In this document: positions 35,938 through 45,616 of the stretch, piece after piece
How positions within the stretch are numbered: the stretch's first letter is position 1
Layout of the letters: the number at the start of each line of letters is the position of its first letter
DNA from: a virus
Length of the DNA stretch: 64,000 nucleotides
IMG/VR virus record: IMGVR_UViG_3300032265_000877
Span: 1 to 64,000 of that record
Reading direction: 5' to 3' (one strand)
The notes under the pieces: generated by a model
What the model saw: only the letters and a program-made list of their open reading frames with translations
Told to the model about the DNA's origin: nothing
Database searches by the model: none
Translations under genes and position numbers: made by a program

Positions 35938-37265
35938 AGCACACTCGGTATCTTAGACAGTGCGGGGTTACTATAAGAAGCAGTGCTGCCAGCTGGTTGA
36001 GAGATAGGATCTAATGTCAGCGTACCCGTCACCCAAACAGGGCCATTTGCCACGCCTTTAGCTCTATTAGTTTGTACTCCAAATACCCCGTTTGATTGAG
36101 GACCTAGGTTTGGGGTAGTCCTTCTAAGTACAGTTGTAGGGACAATCACTGTTTGAGCTACGCCAGGAATGATAGTTCTAGAAGGTGTGGTATTTGGTTT
36201 AACTATGTTTTTACCGTCAATCCAAGTAGTAGTTGTTCCTAAAGAATCTGTGCCCACATGAAGAATTGTTGTGTACGTCTGTGTGTTTCTTTCGGTTTCA
36301 CGTACACGGTGCTCTGTACCCAATACAGTCCAGTATCCTGAATAGTAGTTCCCTAAACCATCTAAATACACTGGAGCATCCGGTCTAACATCTGGCGCCC
36401 CAAGCACTTCAACGGTAGCTCTATATGGGAATACGGTTCTATCTTCTGCGGCTTTAGCCTCATATGCAGCGACTGTGGCGTCGAGAACAACTACATCTGT
36501 AGCGTGTTTATCAAAGAACTCTGGAGTTGTTTTATATTTAGTGTTTGCCGCACGCTTCTGTTGGGTAATAGACATAGAACTAACTGAGTTAGTATCTAGT
36601 CCATTAACTGCAATGGCGGCTTTAGTCTCATTGTCTTGCGGCATAGAATCACTAATAACGGGCTCAAATGAGTAAATGGTTGATCCGCTAGGGTTGTTTG
36701 CCTCATTCATGTAGAAGTAACTGGCCTCTGAGCGCTTATTTGTAAACTCATAAAGCATAGGTTGAAAGTAGATCTCTGTGTTTTCTGTTCGTAGGCTATA
36801 GCCAGACTGCTTTGCTAGTCTGACCATTATTTCCCAATCAGTGTGTCCTGCTTGGGCTACTTGTGGATAAATGCGCGGGTGAGCTACGGTAAAACAAGCA
36901 AAGTTATTGCGCTTAGCTATTTGTTTAATAATGCCATCTGCCGATAGCCCTTTATAGACCTGCTGTGATTCATTCTTCATGACCATAGAGGCGCCAACAA
37001 CCACAATCTCTGTTAAGAAGGTGCTTGGGGTTCTATTCACATTTACATGGTGGATATACCCATAGAAAGATCTAGACTTCTTAACCGTAGATACAGTGAA
37101 CTTAACAGGTGACCCAGTAGAGACGACATCATAGTTAACGTTCCAGTCTCTAAACTGTATAGTTGCAATCTCATGTTGGTACCTATTTTGATAGAAGGTC
37201 ATAGAGTACACATGCGCTGGCGGCAAAGTTGTATTAGGGAACTCAACAGTTACGTAATTAAACAT
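35934..37265 (-). CDS. baseplate hub (gp27/late control D-like)
   Basis: IA.R..F, QAGHTDWE...RLA..SGY, G...VRP..PV.LDGLG..YSGYW.V....H. Confidence 0.85.
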   Translation of the reverse strand: MFNYVTVEFPNTTLPPAHVYSMTFYQNRYQHEIATIQFRDWNVNYDVVSTGSPVKFTVSTVKKSRSFYGYIHHVNVNRTPSTFLTEIVVVGASMVMKNESQQVYKGLSADGIIKQIAKRNNFACFTVAHPRIYPQVAQAGHTDWEIMVRLAKQSGYSLRTENTEIYFQPMLYEFTNKRSEASYFYMNEANNPSGSTIYSFEPVISDSMPQDNETKAAIAVNGLDTNSVSSMSITQQKRAANTKYKTTPEFFDKHATDVVVLDATVAAYEAKAAEDRTVFPYRATVEVLGAPDVRPDAPVYLDGLGNYYSGYWTVLGTEHRVRETERNTQTYTTILHVGTDSLGTTTTWIDGKNIVKPNTTPSRTIIPGVAQTVIVPTTVLRRTTPNLGPQSNGVFGVQTNRAKGVANGPVWVTGTLTLDPISQPAGSTASYSNPALSKIPSVL

Positions 37266-37539
37266 TAGGTATCCTGATTACAGTACCTGGGGTTATGTTA
37301 TTAAAGTCAGCAATCTGAGGATTAAACTCAGGAATAATCCACCAGTACTGCGGGTTTTTGTAGTACGTCTGGGCTAATTGATCTAAGCGTTCACCCTCTA
37401 AGTAGACATGCTCATAGTAGTTAAGATTGCCTAGTGAAGAGAACTGATAAAACACAATAGGGTTTAAAGGCCCATTAATAGTGGTAGAGACAAAATCAAT
37501 AGTAGAGTACTCGTAGCGAGAGCCTTTATAGATAGCCAT
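37258..37539 (-). CDS. LysM/tail-X baseplate protein
   Basis: SRY, GERLDQLA..YY.NPQYWW.I...NP...I.PG..IRIP. Confidence 0.88.
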   Translation of the reverse strand: MAIYKGSRYEYSTIDFVSTTINGPLNPIVFYQFSSLGNLNYYEHVYLEGERLDQLAQTYYKNPQYWWIIPEFNPQIADFNNITPGTVIRIPNV

Positions 37540-37551
37540 GATTACCCTTTC

Positions 37552-38718
37552 TTACTTAGTTGTGCTCTTAGACACATTGCTTGTTAGTGCGACTCGTGAG
37601 AATACATTAAATGACACAACAACTTCTGTGTGAAGCGGGATCATATTTTTATTAAAGACTGAGTGGTTAATGGCAAGACTATCTACCCATCCAATGTACG
37701 AAAGATTATTGGTTGCATCTGGGCCCAGTTGAAGGGCGATTGCGTTTGGTGACAAGAATCCAATATCAGCCGTCTCTCTTCCAAGAGAGTTATGCCAAGT
37801 CTTATTAGAGTCTGAGCCATTTCCAGAGCCATTAATTGCTCTAAACAAGTACTCAAGGTCATGCAGAGTACCCTTCTTCAGTAGATCTTGTAACAAAAGC
37901 TGTGGGTTTTGAGTGGCCCCAATAAACCCGCCCGGTGTGTAATCGTTGTAATTAAGAGCCGCAACCATGTTAAGACCACTCGAAGCCGCAGCTGCTGCTG
38001 CAAAGTCATTTATTCGGTCAATAACAATAGTAAATTGAACCGTCTCCATAGCAGTAAACTGCCCGTAAAGAGCTGCCATGGAATCAATAGAGCTCGGAGT
38101 AAAGTTGGCGTTTCTACTAACACCCACTTGAATATTTTGTGGATTCCACAAGAACTGAAAGCCCCAATAGCTTTGATCAGCAGTTAGTACATAGTTTGTA
38201 CCTATTGCTGTTGTGCCAGTTGAAGTAGAGGCTGAACTAGTATCTAAGACTAAGTTTGTACTAGTTGGGGTAGTAGCATCAAAAGCAAACCATAACTTTG
38301 CTCTACGTAATCCGTGGTTAGTCCCTACATAAGTATGGCCTGAGTTAGTTGAGTCTAGAGCAGCCGTGTTTAATGGCAAGCTTCGAACATGTGGGGGCAA
38401 ATTAAATTTAATTTTGCTTGGATCTAAGGGTATAGCGTCAACCCCGTTCCCTCCCCCTCCCCCACCAGCGGACGGGGCAGGCTTAATGATCGTTCCAGTA
38501 ATTTGCTGATTAAACTGTCCTTGCGTAGGCGCTGTTGCTCTTGGGGTGTTGCCCGCGGTATTTAAGTAGTCACGCAATTCACTATAGAAGAAGTTTCTTT
38601 GCGCTAAGCTGAGCTTAGCAACGTTTAACGCTGTTTGATGAACCGTTTTTAAAAATGCTTGTCCCTTAGGGGTAGCAAGAAAGTTTGCTGTACCTTGAAT
38701 GATTGTGTTATCTGCCAT
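37552..38718 (-). CDS. tail tube initiator / baseplate hub protein
   Basis: FQFLWNP..I, GTLHDLEYL, F...MIP...V; lies between the tape measure and LysM genes. Confidence 0.7.
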   Translation of the reverse strand: MADNTIIQGTANFLATPKGQAFLKTVHQTALNVAKLSLAQRNFFYSELRDYLNTAGNTPRATAPTQGQFNQQITGTIIKPAPSAGGGGGGNGVDAIPLDPSKIKFNLPPHVRSLPLNTAALDSTNSGHTYVGTNHGLRRAKLWFAFDATTPTSTNLVLDTSSASTSTGTTAIGTNYVLTADQSYWGFQFLWNPQNIQVGVSRNANFTPSSIDSMAALYGQFTAMETVQFTIVIDRINDFAAAAAASSGLNMVAALNYNDYTPGGFIGATQNPQLLLQDLLKKGTLHDLEYLFRAINGSGNGSDSNKTWHNSLGRETADIGFLSPNAIALQLGPDATNNLSYIGWVDSLAINHSVFNKNMIPLHTEVVVSFNVFSRVALTSNVSKSTTK

Positions 38719-40820
38719 TACTTAACCCCTACAGTAGTTACAGTAGTTTTATTCTTAAGAGCTTTTTGCATAGCATCCACAGTAGCTTGAGGGTTTTTGT
38801 CTGCTTGGATAGTAACGCTAACCCCTCCATAATTATACGTTGTTTGGCTTGTAGTATTGCCTGCAGGAGCAACACTTGAGCCTCCAAATGCAGAGGCAAG
38901 CAAGGCACTTAACGATTGACGTTGGCTATCTGCCGTAGTACTAAATGGTAAAGCTGTAACTATCTTTCCAGAACTACTAACCGCCGTAGATCCCCCACTG
39001 CTTCCACTGCCTCCACTACCCGGAGAGTACTGTGTTCTTTTAGGATCTACTTTACCTGTAACCCAGCCAGACTCTACAATTGAAGACCAAATCTGATCAG
39101 CGCTTTTACCGCTGCGGAAAGCTGCAAGAATTTTATCGTAGCCCTCGCCTTTAGTATTAAGCAAGGTGGCCGCATCTGCCTGAGATCCTTGAGCTATATT
39201 TAAATATTTTTGAACGCCCACTTTGTTTTCGCTTACAGACCCCTTCATACGAAGCGTACTGTTTAGTGGGTTATTAAAACGCATAGGGTTATTGCCGCTC
39301 TCATAACGCATCCACTGCTCTAAAATGTTTCTGTTAGTGGGTGTATTAGGAGCGCTAATGTCTTTAAAGAAGTTTGACTCAAAAGCTTTTACGTCACCGC
39401 CCATGTCTCTGTGCATATTGTTGAGCACATTATTAGGAATAACATACCCGTCGGTCTTAGGCACAAACAGCTCTGGACCAACTTCACCCACGATGTAAGG
39501 TTGCTTAGCGTCTGCGGGGCCGCCATCAGCAAGGAATCCAGCTAATAAGAAAGGAAGGATCTCACCTAAAACGCTTCCAGCAGCAATCTTTCCTCCAGCT
39601 TTTAAAGCAGATTTAGCAGCAAATCCTGCTCCAAGTTTTGCTATAGAACCCAGAGACCCGTTTCCAAGTCCACCAAGCCCACCAAGTAACCCTTTACCGC
39701 CAGAAAGTACTGCAGTTAAATCGCTCATTTTAATTGCAAGATTGTTCATGCCAGCGCCAATATCAGCAGCTCCTGCATAACCTCCGGCTTGAGCAGAGGC
39801 GGTAGATGTAAGTAGCCCTGTTTGATAGGCAGTTTGGTTAGCCATTGCTTGAATGGTGCTTGACTGAATACCTGCGGCCTTTAGCTGAGTCTTACTAATG
39901 TCGCTTAGCGCTTCTCCGCCGTACTGTGCTTTAGCAATAAGTGCGTTGCTAATAATAGTAAACATAGTCGGGTCATTGCTAAATAGCCCCATTAACATCC
40001 CGTATAACCCGTTACCTGGAGCTAAAGATATCTGCACTTCTCTTTTAGAAGGCTTTTTGCCCTGAAAACGGGTTATGTAATTCCAAATTTGATCAGCCAA
40101 TTTATCAACTGGCATGATATTTCCTTGAGCATCACGGATGTTAATTCCAATAGTTTTTGCTAAATTAATTGTATTTGGGGCGTTCATAGTGCCCGTTACA
40201 GCTTGAGCAATAGCAGTCTGCCCTAAACCAGGAGTGTAATTAGATATTTCAGCTACACCTTTTGCAACAGAACCAAAGTTATTTGCGTAACCTAAGGGTT
40301 GAAGCGCCGCTAAAGCATTAGTTGTGTCCATACTGTTATTAGCAATGCCAACGCGAGCCATCATATTTTGAAGGGCTCTAACGTTTCCAGTCTGACTTTG
40401 TAAAGATCCTGTGTAACCGCCCTGACCAAAGAAAGCGGAACGCTGCGTGAGGAAGTCCTGCATAACAGCCGTGTTAGTTCCTGGTAGAGCATTAGATGCA
40501 GCTCTTATTGCTTGAAGCCCGTAAGCCGCAGCCATTCCGCCAGCCATTCCGCCAGCCATTTCGCCCCTACTGCCGCCGCCACCAGACTGTGTAACGCCGT
40601 TAGGAGCCACCTTAAACTTGCTACTTCCACCTGCGGTGCTTGATCCAGTTCCGCCAAGTATGTTAGCGGCCTTTTCACTAGCATCATTTAAAGCGCTAAC
40701 AAGGCTATTGATTTTTGGCAACACTGTGTTCTCAATGATGTTGCCAAGATGTAAGAAGTCTTTTTGAAGATTGGTAACAGAAGTGGAGGCGTTACCGATT
40801 AGACCACCGTTGGGTTCCAT
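38718..40820 (-). CDS. tape measure protein with C-terminal lysozyme-like (murein hydrolase) domain
   Basis: Ala/Gly-rich helical body, GGP...YIVGE.GPELFVP, W.RYESG...NNPLNST...GVQ.Y.....G..A. Confidence 0.85.
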   Translation of the reverse strand: MEPNGGLIGNASTSVTNLQKDFLHLGNIIENTVLPKINSLVSALNDASEKAANILGGTGSSTAGGSSKFKVAPNGVTQSGGGGSRGEMAGGMAGGMAAAYGLQAIRAASNALPGTNTAVMQDFLTQRSAFFGQGGYTGSLQSQTGNVRALQNMMARVGIANNSMDTTNALAALQPLGYANNFGSVAKGVAEISNYTPGLGQTAIAQAVTGTMNAPNTINLAKTIGINIRDAQGNIMPVDKLADQIWNYITRFQGKKPSKREVQISLAPGNGLYGMLMGLFSNDPTMFTIISNALIAKAQYGGEALSDISKTQLKAAGIQSSTIQAMANQTAYQTGLLTSTASAQAGGYAGAADIGAGMNNLAIKMSDLTAVLSGGKGLLGGLGGLGNGSLGSIAKLGAGFAAKSALKAGGKIAAGSVLGEILPFLLAGFLADGGPADAKQPYIVGEVGPELFVPKTDGYVIPNNVLNNMHRDMGGDVKAFESNFFKDISAPNTPTNRNILEQWMRYESGNNPMRFNNPLNSTLRMKGSVSENKVGVQKYLNIAQGSQADAATLLNTKGEGYDKILAAFRSGKSADQIWSSIVESGWVTGKVDPKRTQYSPGSGGSGSSGGSTAVSSSGKIVTALPFSTTADSQRQSLSALLASAFGGSSVAPAGNTTSQTTYNYGGVSVTIQADKNPQATVDAMQKALKNKTTVTTVGVK

Positions 40821-40822
40821 AA

Positions 40823-40975
40823 CTACCTCCTACCTCTTTGGGCTCTTTCAAGCCAGTTCATTCGTTCTCTAACAGATAAATTTTTTATATCTGCCAGTGT
40901 CCATCCGGTAAAAGACCTAGTAAGAACCTCGTACTGGTCTAGTAAATTTTCGTAATCCGTGTCCTTATATGCGAA
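40823..40975 (-). CDS. tail assembly chaperone C-terminal ORF, probably reached by +1 frameshift (FAYKDTDYENLLDQYEVLTRSFTGWTLADIKNLSVRERMNWLERAQRGRR*)
   Basis: Hand-translated. Fills the gap up to the tape measure gene, has the gpT-like GW....I..L...ER..W motif and no credible start of its own. Confidence 0.75.
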   Translation of the reverse strand, partial: FAYKDTDYENLLDQYEVLTRSFTGWTLADIKNLSVRERMNWLERAQRGRR

Positions 40976-41756
40976 ACAAGTCAACAAGACTTAGTGGTAA
41001 AGCAATTCCTTCACCACATGCCTTGCACATCTTGCTCACCTCCCCAAGGCGTGGGCCCGGGTTCTTCTCAATAATCTGTTCTACAATCTTTGAGCGATCA
41101 GACATACTTAAGTTAAGTGCTGTACTGGCGCCCATAGAAGGCATTCCATTTACTGAAGCTACGCAGCCAGATAGTAGAAGAGTGTTAATCTCTGCAACTG
41201 TTTTGTCTGAGTTTTCTAACAATTTTCTCTGGGTAATGCCCGTTGGAAGGTTTACTACTACATACCCCTGCTTTGTCTCTACTTGCCAAGTGCGATCAGC
41301 GATAGGGTCGTCAAGGGTCTTTACAGGAATATCATCAACTAGGTCAATAGATGTTTCCTGCTCCTGTCCGCAACTTCCACATTGAACTTTAAGATCAAGA
41401 GTTTCGCCAAAGGTAATGCGGCGGATTCCTACAAGAATAGCGTCACGGTCTCCCGAAAGAAGGTTATCAAAGTCTTCTTTGTTAACATCCCTTGATCCGA
41501 TCTTTATAAGACCGCGTTGTAAAAGGACATTAATAGCTTTACCTGTGTTAGATGCTTTAGCAATAGCTTCTTCATCCACACCATTAAGCTCTCGAACTTC
41601 TACTGTCGTTACAAGATCAGTTCCATCAATAAATCCACCAGGAAGCTTTACTTCAGGTCCTGGAGGAGCCTTGGTCTCAATGACCTTCTCTGGCTCCTCC
41701 ATCGCCTTCTTTGCATACTGGTTTACGAGTTCTGCGTCAGTAATAACTGTTGCCAC
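40965..41756 (-). CDS. tail assembly chaperone / T4 gp26-like baseplate hub assembly protein
   Basis: LPGG, VRELNGVDEE, GDRDAILVGIRRITFG, two CxxC pairs; follows the tube gene. Confidence 0.8.
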   Translation of the reverse strand: MATVITDAELVNQYAKKAMEEPEKVIETKAPPGPEVKLPGGFIDGTDLVTTVEVRELNGVDEEAIAKASNTGKAINVLLQRGLIKIGSRDVNKEDFDNLLSGDRDAILVGIRRITFGETLDLKVQCGSCGQEQETSIDLVDDIPVKTLDDPIADRTWQVETKQGYVVVNLPTGITQRKLLENSDKTVAEINTLLLSGCVASVNGMPSMGASTALNLSMSDRSKIVEQIIEKNPGPRLGEVSKMCKACGEGIALPLSLVDLFRI

Positions 41757-41780
41757 GTTTTATTCTCCTAGTTGTTAGTC

Positions 41781-42428
41781 TTAGTATGTCTTGCCGTCTA
41801 CTGGGTTACCCTTAGAATCTGTGAAGAATACAGAGATTCCTTCGTGAACTAGCTGCATAGTCTCAAACAAGATTGCTCCATTTGTAGCGTCTAGATCGGT
41901 GTAGTTTAGCCCAGTAATCCACGCATTGTGGACTTTAAAGGCCATCTGTGGGTAATCGGTTGTTGCGTTTGTATTTGGATGTTCATTTACATTGATAGTA
42001 ATATCAACGCGGAAGTTAGTTCCAAATGGTGATGCAACTGATGGGTCATTAAGACCTGACCCAGCGGCTGCTGTAAAAATCCCACGCATCCATGACATTG
42101 CTTGATCATTTCCATAAAGAACTCCACGAGTGAACGATATAGGCTGGAAAGTAGTCATTCCAGGGATTTGATGCACAGTGGTGTTGTAGCCGCCCTCACG
42201 GTAAGGGATAGCTTGAGTAGAAACAGATAGACCAGAGATGTTAGTAAAGCCGCCCACCCAACCGTTTGATTGACCGGTAGCAGGTGTTCCACTGCCATCA
42301 GTAATCTTTGGAATAGTAGTTGCTGCGGTAAACGCTCCTGCTGGTGCAAAGCTAGCAGTGAACCTAAATCCGCGAATTGGATCAGTTGCAATGCTAGAAT
42401 TAAACTGGCTAATTGTTGAGCTTGCCAT
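41781..42428 (-). CDS. tail tube protein (T4 gp19-like)
   Basis: DP..GFRF, GGF..ISGL, YREGG....HQIPG...F.PI...RG, E...LVHEG. Confidence 0.92.
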   Translation of the reverse strand: MASSTISQFNSSIATDPIRGFRFTASFAPAGAFTAATTIPKITDGSGTPATGQSNGWVGGFTNISGLSVSTQAIPYREGGYNTTVHQIPGMTTFQPISFTRGVLYGNDQAMSWMRGIFTAAAGSGLNDPSVASPFGTNFRVDITINVNEHPNTNATTDYPQMAFKVHNAWITGLNYTDLDATNGAILFETMQLVHEGISVFFTDSKGNPVDGKTY

Positions 42429-42442
42429 TGTTGTTTATCTCC

Positions 42443-43957
42443 TTAAGATACAGTTACAGTGGTACCACCGCTGTACTGGCCGATGTTGATGACTACAAAT
42501 TCAGCTGGACGTTGTAGAGCAACACCAACCTGGATATTTACAATTCCGTTATCAATCGATGACTGAGGATTGTTATCAGAATCGCACTTTACAAAGTATG
42601 CAGCTTGTGGGCTAGTGCCTGTCAAGCCCCCTTGAGCCCAGTAACTTGTCAAGAAGGTACTAACGCTTGCGTTAATACGGTTCCATAGACGCTGGTCATT
42701 TGGCTCAAAGACTGCAAATTGAGTAAGGTCACGAAGAGCTTTCTCAAGGTAGATAAGGCTACGACGCACTGGTACATAGCGATCTACATATCCTGGCTTT
42801 AGGGTGCGAGATCCAAAGACCACAATCCCTGAACCTGAGATATAGCGGATTGCGTTAACAGGGGCTGCAGATGAGTTAAGAGAGTCAAGGTCAGCCATTG
42901 ACAGTGACGGTACAGAGACAACACCTGCAAGGCGGGCTTGTAGTCCTGCTGGGGCTTTGAATACTCCGCGGCTAGCGTCAGTTGCGGCGTATAAACCAAC
43001 AACTGCTGCTCCCGCTCCTACAGTCTTTATCGCTCCTGTAGAGGCGCCTACACCAACTGTTGGGTCAGCAATTGTAAGGGATGGGTAGTAGACAGCTGCG
43101 TATGAAGTAGGTGTGTAAGTGGCCGATAGTGTTAGCTGATTAGGGGCTGTGTCATTTACGCCATCAATAACTACAAAAGCATCGTTTGGACGAGTTGTAC
43201 CAGTTGCATATGAGATAGCACCATTGATAGTAGTTGCATCTGTATATCCTGGAATATTGATTACCAAAGACTGACGGATATTATCGTACAGGCTAAGAGC
43301 AGATACAATGCCGGTTCCGGTAACTGCTGATCCGTCTGATCCAGTGCTTAAAGCTGCGTTAGCAACCGATGATGGGTTACGAGTAGCTCCAGTGCCAGCT
43401 GCGCCTAAGTCAGTTGCAACAATCCAGATTGAGTTGTTGTTAATGACGTTAATTGCGTAGCGAGCATCTGTAGCAATCATTGAGATGTCTGTCCACTGTT
43501 CAACGATGTTTCCAGCGCTAGAACCTCCGTAGTAGACCACAAGGTTGAAGTAGCCTGTAGTAGACCCAGCAGTGATGCTGATATTGATGCTGTTACCCCA
43601 AGTTCCAGAACTAGCTGCGCTGATCTTAAGGGTAGCTGCAGGTGTTCCTTCAGTATCGTTGAAAGAACGGGTAGCTGCTACAGCAGAGGCGCCTGGTACA
43701 CGAGTGACATAGGCTTGCTGTCCACCGTTTGCAAAGTACATGTACAAAGCAAGTGGAAGGTTATTGTTCTGTACAGTGTTCCAAGAGCCAAATAAGTTTA
43801 CATACTGGCTCCAAGAAGTAACCAATGTAGGGATCGTTGGGCCACGATCGTTAGCGCCTAGAAAGGCAGCAACGGTGTTAGATGCCGGACCGACTACTGG
43901 TTGAATAGGGTTCAACGTCTCTTGAACGTATACCCCAGGACGTAGGTAGGTTGCCAT
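42443..43957 (-). CDS. tail sheath protein
   Basis: YLRPGVYVQE, YFANGG, D.SRGVFKAPAG, VFGSRTL, YVPVRR, VFEPND, PAEFVVI. Confidence 0.95.
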   Translation of the reverse strand: MATYLRPGVYVQETLNPIQPVVGPASNTVAAFLGANDRGPTIPTLVTSWSQYVNLFGSWNTVQNNNLPLALYMYFANGGQQAYVTRVPGASAVAATRSFNDTEGTPAATLKISAASSGTWGNSINISITAGSTTGYFNLVVYYGGSSAGNIVEQWTDISMIATDARYAINVINNNSIWIVATDLGAAGTGATRNPSSVANAALSTGSDGSAVTGTGIVSALSLYDNIRQSLVINIPGYTDATTINGAISYATGTTRPNDAFVVIDGVNDTAPNQLTLSATYTPTSYAAVYYPSLTIADPTVGVGASTGAIKTVGAGAAVVGLYAATDASRGVFKAPAGLQARLAGVVSVPSLSMADLDSLNSSAAPVNAIRYISGSGIVVFGSRTLKPGYVDRYVPVRRSLIYLEKALRDLTQFAVFEPNDQRLWNRINASVSTFLTSYWAQGGLTGTSPQAAYFVKCDSDNNPQSSIDNGIVNIQVGVALQRPAEFVVINIGQYSGGTTVTVS

Positions 43958-43981
43958 TAAATTATCTCCTTATTAATTTAC

Positions 43982-44620
43982 TTAGTTAACAGATGATGGA
44001 AGAGGTGTTTTACCGGACGGGATAGACGAAGTAGTAGCGTTGATATCAACATATTGAACGGTTTTAATAGACGCAGCTGCCTGAGGAGACATCTGGCTAA
44101 TTACTCTGACCGTAAATACATTTCTTAAAAGACGACGATTTCCAGTTTCACCTTCAACCGTATCTCTTTTAACAAATCCATCAAGTATCATTGTGCGGCT
44201 GCTGCTCTCTGTACCTAACTGGTTAGGCACAATAAGAAAGCCATACTTTGATGGAAATTTATTTAGTAGTTGATACATAAGCGCTCGATCATGACGTGGA
44301 TTACGTGCATACGAGGTGATCTGATAAACAAGATCATAAGCTATTGGAATTAAATAATCATAAACAAGCCCATTTACTGGGGCGATCGTTCCTTGATAGT
44401 CTGTATCAACTAGGTACCCATAAGTTTGACGGTCATTGCCGGGTAAAATATCGATAAGGTCGATAGTGATGTATGGAAACGCTTGATCACGAATTTCAAC
44501 GTCTGGAAACCCAAACCAGGTCTTTACAGCGCGGTTAGCATTAACATCGTCTGAAACTTTTATACCATTTAGTAAAGTTTTAAGCGCTAAGTCTTCAGCA
44601 ATAATAAACGGATTGCCCAT
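43982..44620 (-). CDS. tail completion/terminator protein
   Basis: Immediately upstream of the sheath; FP.ITIDL, YDL.YQIT..AR.P.HD. Confidence 0.7.
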   Translation of the reverse strand: MGNPFIIAEDLALKTLLNGIKVSDDVNANRAVKTWFGFPDVEIRDQAFPYITIDLIDILPGNDRQTYGYLVDTDYQGTIAPVNGLVYDYLIPIAYDLVYQITSYARNPRHDRALMYQLLNKFPSKYGFLIVPNQLGTESSSRTMILDGFVKRDTVEGETGNRRLLRNVFTVRVISQMSPQAAASIKTVQYVDINATTSSIPSGKTPLPSSVN

Positions 44621-44958
44621 TAAATGATCCCCAACCCTTTAAAAAGATTTGTAAGAGCTATTTTTTCTAAGACCGGCTCAATTAAATTATGAGCTCGTGC
44701 TTTAAATGGGCGTATAACTGCATTAGGAATGCCTCCAGAGGTTCCGTACTCTAAGTCTTCAATTTCAGTAGCGTACTCTGACGGATAACTTACATACACC
44801 TCATAATCAGCGCCAACCTCTATAGACATCTTTGAGGTAAGCCCCTTTGGCCAACCAGAAGAGTCAGCTAAAGAGTTAAGAAGGATAGTAAGTTTAGGGA
44901 TAAGTTCTACTGCGGCTTTATTTGCGGCCTGGGTAATATCAGCGCTTTTTAATGACAC
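44620..44958 (-). CDS. neck/tail-component protein (HK97 gp10-like)
   Basis: LEYGT....PNAVIRPF motif. Confidence 0.6.
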   Translation of the reverse strand: MSLKSADITQAANKAAVELIPKLTILLNSLADSSGWPKGLTSKMSIEVGADYEVYVSYPSEYATEIEDLEYGTSGGIPNAVIRPFKARAHNLIEPVLEKIALTNLFKGLGII

Positions 44959-45091
44959 GCTTCACCACTTTGCCTACTAAGTATGTTGCTACTACTCCTG
45001 TGAGTATATGCGGTTTACCTGCCTCAGGGATGTTCTGAACAATAGCTTGAGCAAACTCGATATCCGAGGGCTTATCTATGTTGTTAGGCAC
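44939..45091 (-). CDS. small protein, 50 aa, with hydrophobic/basic C-terminus (MPNNIDKPSDIEFAQ...)
   Basis: Hand-translated; AAGGAG SD before GTG. Confidence 0.6.
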   Translation of the reverse strand: MPNNIDKPSDIEFAQAIVQNIPEAGKPHILTGVVATYLVGKVVKRVIKKR

Positions 45092-45135
45092 GGCAAATCT
45101 CCTTAAGGAGGCAAGATACTTCGCAAGGGTGGTGC

Positions 45136-45159
45136 TTAATTATCCGCACGGATAATTAA
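45136..45159. promoter_or_regulatory. perfect 11-bp inverted repeat (operator or hairpin) ahead of the tail operon
   Basis: TTAATTATCCG-CA-CGGATAATTAA; TATCCT -10-like hexamer just upstream on the minus strand. Confidence 0.55.
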
Positions 45160-45173
45160 TATAAGGATAAAGC

Positions 45174-45195
45174 AAAAAGCGCCCTTGCGGGCGCT
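45174..45195 (-). terminator. rho-independent terminator with GCAA tetraloop
   Basis: Minus strand AGCGCCC-GCAA-GGGCGCT-TTTT. Confidence 0.85.
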
Positions 45196-45201
45196 AATCG
45201 C

Positions 45202-45456
45202 TTACTTACTCTTCTTTACTTTTTTGGCTAGAGCCTTGTCCATCTTCATATCGGCTTTAGCAGATGGGTTCTTCTTATCCATCTTTTTATCCGCCTTCTC
45301 AAAGGCCGCCTTCTGCTTAGGGCTCATACCCTTTTCAATCTTAGCGTCAGACTTCTTATCAGCCTTCATACGTGCTGACTTACAGGTAGCACAGGTGCAC
45401 TTGCAACCTGCTGCTGGCTTGCCAGCCTTACATCCACAGCCACACTTAGCGCACAT
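45202..45456 (-). CDS. small Cys-rich (metallothionein-like N-terminus), Lys-rich protein
   Basis: MCAKCGCGC...GCKCTCATC followed by a Lys/Asp-rich tail. Confidence 0.75.
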   Translation of the reverse strand: MCAKCGCGCKAGKPAAGCKCTCATCKSARMKADKKSDAKIEKGMSPKQKAAFEKADKKMDKKNPSAKADMKMDKALAKKVKKSK

Positions 45457-45615
45457 TTACTTACCCTTCTTCTTAAGAGCCTTGAAGTCAGCTCCGGTGA
45501 TCTTATCTTTTGGGGCAGCAGCTGAAGCAATCTTCTTCTGCTTAGGGGACATGCTCTTTCCTTTGCCGTATCCGGCTTCACCCTTTTTCTTCTTGCATCC
45601 ACAAGTCATGCACAT
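45457..45615 (-). CDS. small Cys/Lys-rich protein, 52 aa (MCMTCGCKKKK...)
   Basis: Start revised; shares CxxCGC and MSPKQK with its neighbour. Confidence 0.7.
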   Translation of the reverse strand: MCMTCGCKKKKGEAGYGKGKSMSPKQKKIASAAAPKDKITGADFKALKKKGK

Positions 45616-45616
45616 A

